A stretch of 64,000 bases of DNA from Candidatus Latescibacterota bacterium. Lineage in GTDB: Bacteria > Latescibacterota > UBA2968 > SICM01. Every line of letters starts with the position of its first letter. Positions within the stretch are counted from its first letter, which is position 1. Below, piece after piece: positions 20,343-31,581 of this stretch. The stretch is taken from positions 1 to 64,000 of the forward strand of contig CBDCJO010000002.1 in assembly GCA_965217865.1 (NCBI GenBank), read 5' to 3'. The position numbers were made by a program, and so were the translations under genes. Below the pieces are notes generated by a model. The model did not search any database. It had not been told where the DNA came from and saw only the letters and a program-made list of their open reading frames with translations.

Positions 20343-20928
20343 TGGAGTTACCCCGGTTTAGCGGACGGTTTATCAGTTGCGATTCAGTCGGCTGCATGGT
20401 CGACAGCGCTGGAGGTCTTCTCGAAGTTCATTGGAGAGAGATATCCGAGTGCTGAGTGTCGCCGATGAGGGTTGTACCAGCCCTCGATGTATTGAAATAC
20501 GGACATCCGGGCTTCGGCCTGTATGCGGTAGTTTCGGCGATCCAGGCGTTCGCATTCGAGCTTGGCGAAGAAGCTCTCGCATAACGCGCGTTGTCGTAGC
20601 AATCACCGGTGGAACCCATAGAGGGCCGGACACCGGCCTTGCGGCACCGTAGACCGAAGGCAATGGAGGTGTACTGACATCCCTGGTCGGAGTGATGGAT
20701 GACGGCTTCCGGCTGTCGTTGCCAGAGCGCCATATTCAACGCCTCGAGCACCAGCTCGGCGCGCAGATGGGTCGCCATCGCCCAGCCAACGACGCGGCGG
20801 CTCCAGGCGTCCACAACGACCGCGAGATACAGGAAGCCTGCCCACGTACTGATGTAAGTGATGTCGGCTACCCAAAGCTGATCCGGCCCGTTAGCCGTGA
20901 AATCTCGATTGACCAGGTCAGCAGCCAC
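20343..20928 (-). mobile_element. IS3-family transposase C-terminal fragment with right end
   Basis: WVADITY..HHSDQGCQYTS..YDNA/CESFF..YNPHRRHSALGYLSP. Confidence 0.9.
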
Positions 20929-21444
20929 CTGCCCATCGCGATCACGCGTCGTCGGCTGCCTCGATTACGAGACCCTCGGTCGCCGCCAGTTCTTCCAATA
21001 TGGTCGCGATCTGGTCACGGGAGTAGCCGCAGGCGCGTTCCAGAACCCATGCGAGTTCAACGGTCCTCAATCTGCGCATGGTCAAACTTCAACTTGAAAG
21101 AGTTCGGTCTTCTCCAAAGGCCAGCATCGAACTCCCAAGCGCGAATGTAATCTTCAATGGCTCTCCATGCATCGTCTTTTCTCAGAGGGGCGTCAGCCCC
21201 CTCGTCGCCTGTGGTTCTTGTTCCGGGTTCCCGTTTCCGCTTGATTTGTCCACAGGCCAGTCGCTCCTACTGCTTGTTCTTTAACTGCTTGTAAGGTATG
21301 CGCTTTCACCGTGGAAAACTTCCCCGGATCGCCGGTATTTGTGAAAAAAACCGGCCACAGGAAGCCCCAGGAGCGCGTTTCAGCGGCTCAGCCTATAGTT
21401 GTAGTGTGAAAGACAAAAAGAGGCCATCAAAAGGGGCATTTCAG

Positions 21445-22947
21445 ATGAGAGAATATAGGAAGATTCTTCGGAACAGGGAAGCACGAATTGTCCGTCGTTT
21501 GCGTCGGAAGCAGTGGTGCAGTCAGGTCAAGCCTATGATGTCTGGGGGAAACATCCACTACGAGATAAGTGGGAAGGCCGAGGCGATCACGTGTGGGGGG
21601 ATCGGCGCGTTTCACCACATGGTCCGCAGGGTTGGGCTGGTGAAAGAGATTGACCGTCATCTTCATCTTTTGAAAGTGCATTTGCCCTATCACGAATCAG
21701 ACCACGTTCTGAACATCGCCTACAATGCGCTGGTTGGTGGTCAACGCCTTGAAGACATTGAGCTGCGCCGCCAGGATGCCACGTTCCTGAACGCTTTGGG
21801 CGCTCAGCGTCTCCCGGATCCGGCCACAGCAGGCGACTTTACACGTCGTTTCCGGCCATCGGATATCGAGACGTTGATGGATTGCATCAACCGGGTGCGC
21901 ACCCGGATCTGGAAAAAGCGCGCCAGGGGCGAACTCAAAGAAGCCCTCATCGACATCGACGGCACCCTGGCCACCACTCTCGGAGAACGCAAGCAGGGCA
22001 TGGCCCTGTCATACAACGGTATCTGGGGATACCATCCTCTCGTGGTCTCTCTGGCGAACACCAGGGAGGTGTTGTTTCTTGTGAATCGACCCGGCAATGT
22101 GCCCAGCCACGACGGTGCCGTAAAGTGGATCGATCGCGCCATCGCGCTGGTCGCCCCTTTCGCCAAACGCATCTGCCTGCGCGGAGACACCGGCTTCTCA
22201 CTCACCCGGCACTTCGATCGTTGGTCGGAAAAGGTCGACTTCGTCTTCGGCATGGATGCTTACAGAGGATTGGTCAAGATCGCCAAATCCCTGTCACAGA
22301 GCGATTGGGAGCCCTTTGAACGACAACCCAAATACCAGGTCAAAACCTCCCAGAGACAGAAACGCGAGAACGTGAAAGCCCGGATCATCCGGGAGCGCGG
22401 CTTCAAAAACATCCGACTTGCCAGTGAACGTGTTGCCGGGGTTTCGTATCGTCCTGCTCGATGCAGGAAGACCTGTCGACTCGTGATCCTCGAAAAGAAC
22501 CTGAGCGTCGAACGCGGCGAAAACGCCCTGTTCGATGACAAGCGCTATTTCTTCTACATTACCACCCGAAAAGATCTTGCGGCCGCGGAAATCGTGAGGC
22601 TGGCCAATCGACGGTGCGATCAGGAAAACGTGATTGAACAACTCAAGAACGGGGTCAACGCCATGCGGATGCCCGTCGACAACCTGATGAGCAACTGGGC
22701 TTACATGGTCATGACCGCCCTGGCGTGGAACCTCAAAGCCTGGTTCGCGTTGATGATCCGAAAGCGTGAGCGTCGCGATCAACTTCTGAGAATGGAGTTT
22801 CGCGCCTTCCTCCAGAATCTGATCTGGATCCCCTGCCAGATCGTGACCCGGGGAAGACAGATCATCTATCGTGTCTTGGGCTACAACCGGTGGATGACTG
22901 ACTTCTTCCCGGCCTGGAACAGAATCAGATGGCTCAAACCGGCTTGA
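21445..22947 (+). CDS. IS1380-family transposase (apparently intact)
   Basis: HLPYHESDHVLNIAYN, IDIDGT, GYHPL, LRGDTGF, RCDQENVIEQLKNG; right end near 23143-23162. Confidence 0.9.
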   Translation: MREYRKILRNREARIVRRLRRKQWCSQVKPMMSGGNIHYEISGKAEAITCGGIGAFHHMVRRVGLVKEIDRHLHLLKVHLPYHESDHVLNIAYNALVGGQRLEDIELRRQDATFLNALGAQRLPDPATAGDFTRRFRPSDIETLMDCINRVRTRIWKKRARGELKEALIDIDGTLATTLGERKQGMALSYNGIWGYHPLVVSLANTREVLFLVNRPGNVPSHDGAVKWIDRAIALVAPFAKRICLRGDTGFSLTRHFDRWSEKVDFVFGMDAYRGLVKIAKSLSQSDWEPFERQPKYQVKTSQRQKRENVKARIIRERGFKNIRLASERVAGVSYRPARCRKTCRLVILEKNLSVERGENALFDDKRYFFYITTRKDLAAAEIVRLANRRCDQENVIEQLKNGVNAMRMPVDNLMSNWAYMVMTALAWNLKAWFALMIRKRERRDQLLRMEFRAFLQNLIWIPCQIVTRGRQIIYRVLGYNRWMTDFFPAWNRIRWLKPA

Positions 22948-23267
22948 CTGCCATGTCAGCACCTGTCGTCGTAACATCACAGGGACAAGTCCGTCCACCC
23001 CGGCTAAAACACGTCCGCAAACTCAGTTAATTAGACAATCGCATGCCGAAACAATCACAAAAACAGCCCAGACATCATCTCAAACAAGTCACAAGTCTGA
23101 AATGCTCCGAAATCTTGTATAACACACCGCTCAACAAGCCTGTTCGCTTATTTTAGGACTAGTAGAGAAAGAGCTGGATCTGTCAATCCTGACGGAAGTT
23201 GCGGAGGGAAACGGCTGAGCCCAGCGCGTCGGCGCGAGGCGGTGGTGCACGTGCGCAAGAAGACTCC

Positions 23268-24026
23268 ATGTCCGATTGGTTGAAGCCTGTTCTGGATCCG
23301 TACGACCGCAAAGCGCGGCTCAGTCCTGCGCTGCTTTGCGGCTTGCCGCTTGTCGCGTCGATTGTCCTACTGATTCCTCAGCTCGGGCCGATCTGGGGTT
23401 CGATTGGCGTCGTCGTATATGGCGGAGGGTACATGTTGCTGATCCAGATCGGCCGGGATCTAGGTAAGGGCCTAGAGGAGCGGCTATTCCAATCGTGGGG
23501 TGGAAGGCCCTCTGCGGCCATGCTGCGACATGCGGATGGTCGATTGGAGAAGCCGACCAAGGAACGTTACCGGAGGTTTCTGAGCGAGGCTGTACCCGGC
23601 TTGCCGCTGGTGTCCGCGGAGGACGAGCGGGAGAATCCCGAGAAGGCGCTTGCGGGATATGAGAGCGCGAACCGATGGTTGCTCGAGCAGACGAGGGACC
23701 ACGCGCGATTCGCGCTGTTGTTCACGGAGAACGTCAACTATGGGTTTCGTCGAAACCTGTTAGGCCTGAAGCCGATTGCGTTGGGTGTGGACGCAATCGC
23801 ATTACTGATCATGTTCGGCGTGGCAAGTGGCTCTTGGACAGGTCAGTTCGCCAGCACGATTGAGGCCGTCGCACCGGAGTGGTGGGCGAGTCTGTCAATC
23901 ACAGCTGTGCACATGCTGGCGTTCGTGGTACTCATCCGGGCTAAATGGGTGCGAGCCGCAGCCGAGACGTACGCGCGGCAACTGCTGGCGGCGTGCGACT
24001 CACTTGAGAGCGCAAGGAACACATAG
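23268..24026 (+). CDS. multi-pass membrane protein (defence-island effector-like)
   Basis: DPYDRKARLSPALL..WGGRPS..ENVNYGFRRNL; about 4 hydrophobic segments; ATG at 23268. Confidence 0.7.
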   Translation: MSDWLKPVLDPYDRKARLSPALLCGLPLVASIVLLIPQLGPIWGSIGVVVYGGGYMLLIQIGRDLGKGLEERLFQSWGGRPSAAMLRHADGRLEKPTKERYRRFLSEAVPGLPLVSAEDERENPEKALAGYESANRWLLEQTRDHARFALLFTENVNYGFRRNLLGLKPIALGVDAIALLIMFGVASGSWTGQFASTIEAVAPEWWASLSITAVHMLAFVVLIRAKWVRAAAETYARQLLAACDSLESARNT

Positions 24027-24111
24027 ACTTGACTAGACTGGACCGATTTTAGGGCGACGCGGTGCAAGTATCGCGGATACTCAACTGCGAGAAGATTAGG
24101 GAGCGTATTGC

Positions 24112-24990
24112 GTGAGCATTGTGCACTCTTACGCCGTCGGGAGCGGCGACATGTTTTCAATCCGACATGACTCGGATAACTGCACGATCATTGATTGCAG
24201 CATTTCGAAGGACGATCAAGACTGTCTATTGGGGGAGATTGACAAGCAACGTAAAGGCAAGACAATCACGCGATTCATATCCACACATCCAGACCAAGAC
24301 CACCTAATGGGCCTGTCGGCACTGGACGACCATATTAAGATCTTGAACTTTTATGTAGTGAAGAACAATGCCACAAAGGACGACGAAACCGACGACTTCA
24401 AGCGCTACAAGAACCTACGGGACGGAGACAAGGCCTTTTACATCCATAAAGGATGTACCAGGAGGTGGATGGATCAGAGTAATGAGGAGCGCGGCTGTTC
24501 AGGCATCAACGTCTGGTGGCCTGTGACTTCTAACGAGGACTTCAAGCAGGCGCTGCAGGATGCGGCCGATGGCATGAGTCCGAACAACATCTCTCCCGTG
24601 ATTACCTATTCTCTCGAAAACGGTGTCAAGATGGCTTGGTTTGGAGATCTTGAGACGGAGTTCATGGAAAAGATCGCAGACGAGATTTCGTGGCCCGAGG
24701 TTGACATTGTGTTTGCACCACACCATGGACGGGATAGCGGCAAGATCCCTGCGTCGATTCTGAATCAGATGGATCCCAAGATTGTGGTGATTGGCGTGGC
24801 GCCGTCCAAGGACCTGGACTACTATCGGAACTACAACACAATTACCCAGAATTCTGCCGGCGTTATCTACTTCGAATGCGTTGCCTATTGGGTCCACATT
24901 TATGTTGGAAGCTCAACCTACAGCGTGGACTTTCTCGAAGACAAAGGAGCTAGTTCCTACAGCTACTACCTCGGGTCTCTCCCCGTATGA
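24112..24990 (+). CDS. ComEC/Rec2-like metallo-beta-lactamase-fold hydrolase
   Basis: VGSGD, IIDC, THPDQDH, FGDLE, APHHG. Confidence 0.85.
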   Translation: MSIVHSYAVGSGDMFSIRHDSDNCTIIDCSISKDDQDCLLGEIDKQRKGKTITRFISTHPDQDHLMGLSALDDHIKILNFYVVKNNATKDDETDDFKRYKNLRDGDKAFYIHKGCTRRWMDQSNEERGCSGINVWWPVTSNEDFKQALQDAADGMSPNNISPVITYSLENGVKMAWFGDLETEFMEKIADEISWPEVDIVFAPHHGRDSGKIPASILNQMDPKIVVIGVAPSKDLDYYRNYNTITQNSAGVIYFECVAYWVHIYVGSSTYSVDFLEDKGASSYSYYLGSLPV

Positions 24991-25505
24991 TAGTGGACAA
25001 AAATTAATGTCGCCGTCGAATCCTGTTCGGTAGCCAACATGGAACAGGCGAAGTCGCGAACGTCTAGTCCTCGTCGCCAGCCGACCGTGGCGACAGTGTA
25101 AACGTTCGGTAACCTTTCTAATGAGGCAACTTGACAAAGTGATAATGGACCAAACGTGTTTGGTCCATTCCTCAAGGGATGCTTCGTCTACGTCTGCGGT
25201 CTGAAGCCACGCGTCGAAGCCTCGATAGATGGCGACGACACCGCCATGAACGCCGTAGCCTTCTATCGCTAGACCCGAACGCCGAGCCGAACCCATGAAA
25301 CTCGCGGCTGCCAATGGCCGAGAAGAACTACCCATGGATAACCGAAGCGCTCAACAGCGGCAACGGATTCTTGAGGGAACGAGCGACCTCGCGCTTCCGC
25401 AGCTGCGATCGCAGTGCTGCGGAGAAGCAGCTGGGCCGTCCCGTCGCGGCCAATGAACAATGGCTGAAAGATTGAGGTCGGGCTGCATTCAGGTAAGGAG
25501 AGACC

Positions 25506-26903
25506 ATGGCACGCATCACCACTGAAGTAACCAGGGAGATAATCGAGGATTTCGCCAAGGAGATCCAGAGAAAGCGAACGCACACTGCTAAGCCGTCAAA
25601 GGAAGTCATCAATTTCCGAGACGATAAGCTCTCCGGCACCGAACGGGATGTGTGGAAGGTGCCCATAGATCTCCTGCGGTACCGTAAGGACAACGGACGG
25701 ATCGCGTCCGACGTACTTGACTACGAACGCAACGTCGCCCCCCTTAGCGAAAAAGATGACCAGGCCCAAGCCATAATCAGGGAATTTCTTGAGAAGAAGG
25801 ACCCGGAGCGCACAGCTGTTCTAAAGAGGTCAATCGCCCACGGGGGCCAGCAGCAACCGGCGATCATCACTTGTGACGGATTCCTCATCAACGGAAATAG
25901 ACGCAAGATGGTGATGGATTGGCTCCAGAAGGAGAATCCTAACGGAGAGATATTTCAATATATGAAAGCTGTCATCCTGCCAAGAGAGGATGAGGAAGGT
26001 GGGCCCCCCACCCTGGTGGAAATTGAAAAGATCGAGAATCGATACCAGCTGCAGAGCGATGGGAAGTCAGAGTACTACGGTTTCGATCGTGCCTTGTCGA
26101 TAAAACGAAAGATCGACCTCGGTTTCACACTTGAGGAACAATTGAAGGACGATCCTACTTATGCTAAAAAGGCAGACCTCAATCGGGCAGTTGCTGATTA
26201 CCAAAAAGAATACCTCGACCCCTTGACCTGCATCGATCGTTACCTACGGCAATTCAAACGGGAAGGCCTTTACCGAACTATCTCAACAGGCATCACAGAC
26301 TCAGAGGGTCGTTGGCAAGCCTTCATAGATTATAGCAATACATACAATCGCTACTTCATCGATCCCAAGCGTCGAATTGAAATAGGCATAGAGGATGACG
26401 AGATCGGTGAACTAGAGGAAGCCGCTTTCGATGTCATTCGTCTTCGAACAGTGCCCGACATGCCCAAGGTTCATGCCATCATGCGGGACCTGTGGAAGTA
26501 CTGCCGTACAGACGACGGCAAGAAGGCGATCAAGAAGATTGTGGAGGAAGTGGACCCTGTACTTTCGCCAGGCGAGCGTGTTGATTCAGACGGAAAAGAA
26601 CTATTACCGGATGCAGCTGATGCCAAGTGGGCAGCTAAGAACAAAGAGTCAATAATAAACAACTTGAAGAAGGCGTCCCGAAGTCACGAGAGTCTGAAGG
26701 CAAGAGAGACACCCATAGAGCTTCTTGAGGGAGCTTACAAGAAACTAACCCACGACAACATGGATCTTAGCGCTATCAACAATGCTGACCTGCCGAAGGC
26801 GCATCGAATTGTCGCAGACATTGGTAAGAGGGCGCAATCACTTGAGTCTGAGATATACGGTTATTCGAAGAACTACAGGAAGCTTACAAAGAAGAAAACA
26901 TGA
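25506..26903 (+). CDS. ParB/Sulfiredoxin-like N-terminal domain protein
   Basis: LRYRKDNGRI..GQQQPAIITCDGFLINGNRR; RBS AAGGAG. Confidence 0.75.
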   Translation: MARITTEVTREIIEDFAKEIQRKRTHTAKPSKEVINFRDDKLSGTERDVWKVPIDLLRYRKDNGRIASDVLDYERNVAPLSEKDDQAQAIIREFLEKKDPERTAVLKRSIAHGGQQQPAIITCDGFLINGNRRKMVMDWLQKENPNGEIFQYMKAVILPREDEEGGPPTLVEIEKIENRYQLQSDGKSEYYGFDRALSIKRKIDLGFTLEEQLKDDPTYAKKADLNRAVADYQKEYLDPLTCIDRYLRQFKREGLYRTISTGITDSEGRWQAFIDYSNTYNRYFIDPKRRIEIGIEDDEIGELEEAAFDVIRLRTVPDMPKVHAIMRDLWKYCRTDDGKKAIKKIVEEVDPVLSPGERVDSDGKELLPDAADAKWAAKNKESIINNLKKASRSHESLKARETPIELLEGAYKKLTHDNMDLSAINNADLPKAHRIVADIGKRAQSLESEIYGYSKNYRKLTKKKT

Positions 26904-28795
26904 TTCAGATCCTCACCGAGAATGACAGGCTGGTCCTGGACTGTGAAGAGGGTGACCTCGCCCCCCGTCATGCCAGCCAGTTGACATTTTGGGGATTCTC
27001 TTATGATCAAGCCGAGTCCCGCTACCTTGGCCCTCACGGTGATTTTAGAGATCTTGCAAGGAAAGTCACCAAGTATCTTGAACGCGATTCGCGTGAATAC
27101 GAAGTAGAAGCGCGCACAGAGGAGTTCCTAGCAGAACTGGCGGTTGTAGAATCAACCTACCTTACCGCAAGGCAGAGGGGACAGGATCTTAAAGACGGTA
27201 GTCTGGATGTACCAGAGGCTACTGACTTTCTCTCATTCCTTGAAGATCAAATCCCTCGCTCTCTCAAAGAGCATCAGTGTAAAGCAGCCCTCCATCTCCT
27301 ATCGGTGGTTAATGGGGCCAACTTCTCCGTTCCGGGAAGCGGAAAAACTACGGTTGTCCTCACTGTCTTCGAAAGGTTACGGCAGCAAGGGCAAGTTGAT
27401 TCGCTTTTTGTTGTTGGCCCTCCCTCGTGTTTCGGTCCCTGGAAAACTGAGTATCAGGATGTTCTCGGGGTAGCCCCTTCCCACGAGATTCTCGCCGGAG
27501 GCAATGTTGAGGTCCGCAGGATGAAATATTTGGTTAATCAGGAATCCGTGGCCGACCTATACTTGACCACCTTCCAGACACTTCAACGTGACTGGGAGCA
27601 GGTCCAAGTGCTATTCGAGCGTCAAGGAGTGAAGTTTTATTTGATAGTTGATGAAGCTCACTACGTGAAACAGCCTGGGGGAGCATGGGCAAGCGCTGTG
27701 CTCAATGTTGCCCGTCACGCATCCCGTCGCGCAGTCCTTACCGGGACTCCCTTTCCACAGAGTTTTTCAGATGCATTCAACCTCTTCGATGTCCTTTGGC
27801 CAGAGTCTACCCCTGTTCCTAATGAAAACCGTCATCGCATTGAGTTTTTGAGTCAGAAAAAACAATTCCAGGAGGCACAAACGTACCTGAACCACGCAAT
27901 TGGCCCGCTCTTCTATCGCGTCCGGAAATCCGACTTGGGGCTGGCCCCCCAGGTGTTTCATCCACCAATACAGGTCAGAATGAAGAAGCACGAAAAGAGG
28001 GTTTATGATTTGGTATTGGATAGAATAGCGGACATGTCATCATCAGACTACATGCGCGACATTGACCTTCTAATACGTCTGAGGAAGGGACGCATGATGA
28101 GAGTCCGCCAATGCCTCTCCTATCCCGCCTTGTTGGGAGGTGAAGTAACCGACTACAATGAGAATCTGCTGGAAGGTTCGATCTCTCTCAGCGACATCAT
28201 CAAGCATTACGACCAGCTGGAGACACCAAGCAAAGTAGAACATCTTGTCCAGCTCGTACAGGATCTTTACCAGCGCGGAGAAAAAGTCGTGATTTGGTCG
28301 AATTTCGTGCGAACACTGGAGATGCTCCGTGATACGCTCCAGCCGCTGACAGGCGTGAGGCTCATCTATGGTGCCACTCCAGTAGAGCGTTCCGGAATTG
28401 ACGAGGAACTCACCAGGGACGAAATCATCCGAGAGTTTGTGAACTCTGATAGCGGGATCGAGGTACTGCTCGCGAATCCAGCAGCTTGTGCAGAATCCAT
28501 ATCTCTCCACAAAACGTGCTCGAACGCGGTCTACTATGACTTATCCTATAACTGCGCACAGTACGTCCAGTCGCTTGATCGAATCCATCGGGTCGGGGGA
28601 TCTGAGGATAAGCCGGCGCATTACCATTTCCTCCAGTATGAGGACACGATTGATGCCGACATTCTCCAGAATGTCCAACGAAAAGCCCAACGTATGAACG
28701 ATATCATCGATCAAGAGTACGCGATTTACTCACTGGATATGTTTGGCGAGGACGACGAACTCCAAGCCTATGAGAGACTATTCCCCAAACGCTGA
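26900..28795 (+). CDS. SNF2-family DEAH helicase/translocase
   Basis: PGSGKT, DEAH, LTGTP, KVVIWS, QSLDRIHRVG; ATGA overlap with upstream gene. Confidence 0.9.
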   Translation: MIQILTENDRLVLDCEEGDLAPRHASQLTFWGFSYDQAESRYLGPHGDFRDLARKVTKYLERDSREYEVEARTEEFLAELAVVESTYLTARQRGQDLKDGSLDVPEATDFLSFLEDQIPRSLKEHQCKAALHLLSVVNGANFSVPGSGKTTVVLTVFERLRQQGQVDSLFVVGPPSCFGPWKTEYQDVLGVAPSHEILAGGNVEVRRMKYLVNQESVADLYLTTFQTLQRDWEQVQVLFERQGVKFYLIVDEAHYVKQPGGAWASAVLNVARHASRRAVLTGTPFPQSFSDAFNLFDVLWPESTPVPNENRHRIEFLSQKKQFQEAQTYLNHAIGPLFYRVRKSDLGLAPQVFHPPIQVRMKKHEKRVYDLVLDRIADMSSSDYMRDIDLLIRLRKGRMMRVRQCLSYPALLGGEVTDYNENLLEGSISLSDIIKHYDQLETPSKVEHLVQLVQDLYQRGEKVVIWSNFVRTLEMLRDTLQPLTGVRLIYGATPVERSGIDEELTRDEIIREFVNSDSGIEVLLANPAACAESISLHKTCSNAVYYDLSYNCAQYVQSLDRIHRVGGSEDKPAHYHFLQYEDTIDADILQNVQRKAQRMNDIIDQEYAIYSLDMFGEDDELQAYERLFPKR

Positions 28796-29753
28796 CGACT
28801 CATTCTCAGGACTCAAATGGAGCCAGGTATTGGCGCTGGTGTCTGTGCTGAGAAATGCCGAGTACACAAAAGCGGATCACATTGGGCGACTTTACCTTGA
28901 GAGAGCTCAGAACTTCGAAGAAACATTGACGTTTCTTTCTGCTGTCGCTGGCATTAGCGAAGATGGATCAAACACGATAGAGAGCAGCCTACCATCTTTT
29001 CTTGACGAGGCTGAGACTCAGTCTTGGATTCTGAGCTGCCTGTTCAACTCAGGCAACGTCTACCGCAATGGCATATATCCCTACCTTCAGAACTTCCATA
29101 TTGAGGGCGGTGAACCAAGGTACCATCCAGAGTTCTCTACTCGGCACTATGAGAGCAACGTCCGGAACTTCCTTATCGAACTTGGTGTTGTTAGCCACAA
29201 TGTGGAAGGTGACTACTACTACGTAACGCCAGGACACATCGGCCTCTATGTCGCGGCACAAGACAGCGGAAGAGGGATGTGGTCACCGTCTTCGAGAGCT
29301 GCAGTGCAGGCCGATAAAGAGTCATTAGGAACTGCTGCTGAAGAACTGATTCTGGAATACGAACGGGAACGTGTTGGCGAAGAGCATCAACGGGAGGTAC
29401 AGCATATCGCAATTGTGGATACTGCGGCAGGCTATGACATAAAGAGTGTGACGCTTGAGCAGTCAGGAACACTCACGCCGAGGTACATAGAAGTGAAGGC
29501 AGTTCCCCGGATCTCCCTGCGTTTCTACTGGACTCGGAACGAGGTCCTTACATCGCGAAGATTAGGGGAGTGGTACTATCTGTATCTTCTACCAATGAGA
29601 AGAGATGGCCAGTTTATCATGAACGAACTAACAATAATTCAGAATCCGGCCAACAAAGTGCTTGGTGAACCCGACACATGGGAAGTGGAACCAGAGGTGC
29701 AGCAGTGCAGCAGATGTCCGCGTTTTGACAGAGGTCACGGCGATGTCGCGTAG
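28770..29753 (+). CDS. DUF3883 (NOV-C) PD-(D/E)xK nuclease domain protein
   Basis: GTAAEELILEYERERV..AGYDIKS..YIEVK..FYWTRNE..YYLY. Confidence 0.85.
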   Translation: MRDYSPNADDSFSGLKWSQVLALVSVLRNAEYTKADHIGRLYLERAQNFEETLTFLSAVAGISEDGSNTIESSLPSFLDEAETQSWILSCLFNSGNVYRNGIYPYLQNFHIEGGEPRYHPEFSTRHYESNVRNFLIELGVVSHNVEGDYYYVTPGHIGLYVAAQDSGRGMWSPSSRAAVQADKESLGTAAEELILEYERERVGEEHQREVQHIAIVDTAAGYDIKSVTLEQSGTLTPRYIEVKAVPRISLRFYWTRNEVLTSRRLGEWYYLYLLPMRRDGQFIMNELTIIQNPANKVLGEPDTWEVEPEVQQCSRCPRFDRGHGDVA

Positions 29754-30741
29754 GGAATATGTGACTCCGACTCACGACGAGCAATCACTTAAGGCCAAGC
29801 CTACGCGCGCACCGTTTGGATACTACGGCGCCAAGCAGACGATTGCCCAGAAAATAATCAAGACTCTTCCCCCTCATAACGCCTGGGTTGAAGGATTCTG
29901 CGGATCTGCCGCCTTGACTCTGTGCAAGAAATCCGTGCCTATCGAAGTGATTAACGACAGAGACAAGCAGATAGTGAACCTGTTTTCTCAATTAAGGGAC
30001 AATGCTGAGGCTCTTTGCCGAGCTGTAGAGCTCACGCCTTACGCTCGAGAGGAATTCCTGCTTGCCCGCGATCATGTAATGAAAGAAAAACTGGCGGATA
30101 TAGACCCGCTCGAACAAGCTCGAAGGTTCTTAGTGGCTACAATGATGACAGTGAATGGAACTATAGGTACACGATCTGGTTGGTCTTATTCTCAGTCCTA
30201 CGCTCGAGGGGGACGCGAAGCAAGGGTCAACCGATGGTGCAATCTACCAGACAGACTTGAGAAGGTGGTCGAAAGACTACGTGGGATTAGGGTGGAAAAC
30301 CGTGATGCTCGGGAGTTGGTGGACATGTTTGGGGATAGGCCAGCCACACTTATGTATCTCGATCCGCCCTACTTTACAAAGAGAGGGCACGGTTACATCA
30401 TTGATGCGCGCGAAGAAGAATTCCATCAGAAGCTCCTGAAGAAGTGCCTCAAGGCCCGATGCATGCTACTGATCAGTGGGTACCAGAACAATCTATACGA
30501 CGAGCTACTTACATCCAAGCAAGGATGGAAAAAGACGAAGATCGAAACTACCACACGGGACACCACAGGCAAGGATTATTCGCGAACAGAAATCCTTTGG
30601 ATGAATCCTGTCTTCGTGAAGGCGAAGAAGTCAGGGAAACTTCCCCTAAGGCTTACCCGGCGCGAGAAGGAGGAGAGAAAAATCAATCCATCTCGCCCCG
30701 CTAACACTACCTCTAATACATTTCGTGGATCAGTTGCTTAG
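29743..30741 (+). CDS. D12-class N6-adenine DNA methyltransferase (Dam-like)
   Basis: FGYYGAK, VEGFCGS, EVIND, YLDPPY; overlaps the DUF3883 stop. Confidence 0.9.
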   Translation: MSRREYVTPTHDEQSLKAKPTRAPFGYYGAKQTIAQKIIKTLPPHNAWVEGFCGSAALTLCKKSVPIEVINDRDKQIVNLFSQLRDNAEALCRAVELTPYAREEFLLARDHVMKEKLADIDPLEQARRFLVATMMTVNGTIGTRSGWSYSQSYARGGREARVNRWCNLPDRLEKVVERLRGIRVENRDARELVDMFGDRPATLMYLDPPYFTKRGHGYIIDAREEEFHQKLLKKCLKARCMLLISGYQNNLYDELLTSKQGWKKTKIETTTRDTTGKDYSRTEILWMNPVFVKAKKSGKLPLRLTRREKEERKINPSRPANTTSNTFRGSVA

Positions 30742-30808
30742 CGGCGGGCTGAACGGATTTCGGGAGCTTGCCCAGCACGGTTGCCTTGAGTCGCCCCGCA
30801 CGCGGGGG

Positions 30809-30868
30809 GACCGGACCACCGGGTCCGGCTTCCAGTGAATACGTACCGGAGGACCTTCCCAAACGTCG
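30809..30868 (-). repeat. long non-coding element, short inverted copy F
   Basis: Reverse complement of cgacgtttgggaaggtc..attcactggaagccggacccggtggtccggtc. Confidence 0.85.
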
Positions 30869-31096
30869 CGCGTCCTCCAGCCCGTCAATGTCCGTTTCAT
30901 GTACACGCTTAAGGAGTTTTCCCAGATTCCCATCTTTTGTTGAACTCAAATCGATATTAGATGAACTTATACATTTAGAAAGATTTCCCATATATTTTTC
31001 AGCGTCGTTAAGCGTATCCGGGGGATTTTCTTCAGCGACGAGACGCAGGAAAGATATTTGCGCATTTTATCAAAAGGGAATCTTTCTGTTTTGTCC

Positions 31097-31561
31097 TCAA
31101 GCGTTGGCCAGGTCGGAGGTGAGCCGCGGCGAGGTGTTGCTCGGCGAAATCATGACCAAGCCCGCGTCGCTGATGACGGGCGACGCCGCCACGGCCGCGG
31201 CCGAGCAGTTTGTTCCGATGACGCCGGCCACCTGCGAGTCCCTGATGATTCCAAGCGCACCTCCGCGGCCGCCTTCCGGCGAACAACTGGTGTCAATCGG
31301 ATCGCCCAGGTCGACATGGCGCCCGTGAACGGGACCCATGTCCTCGACGGCGAACTCGGCCCCGTGCCGGGACACGGCCCCCACCGCCGGCCAGCCCGTG
31401 ACCGAAAGCAGCATGCGGATCCGCACGGCCTCGCCTGCCTCCAAAGTGACCGCACCCAGCGGCCCGGGCTCGAATTCCGGCGGTGGCGGTGTAGTTGGAC
31501 TTCCCGGCGTCGCAAGAACGGCGATCAGCGCCGCGACGGAAAAAACGATGCGCTTTTGCAT
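31097..31561 (-). pseudogene. branched-chain amino-acid ABC substrate-binding protein, N-terminal fragment
   Basis: Signal peptide, VIGTNCSAAA..MISPSNTSPRLT; truncated. Confidence 0.8.
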
Positions 31562-31581
31562 GAGACCGACTCCTTCCTTTT

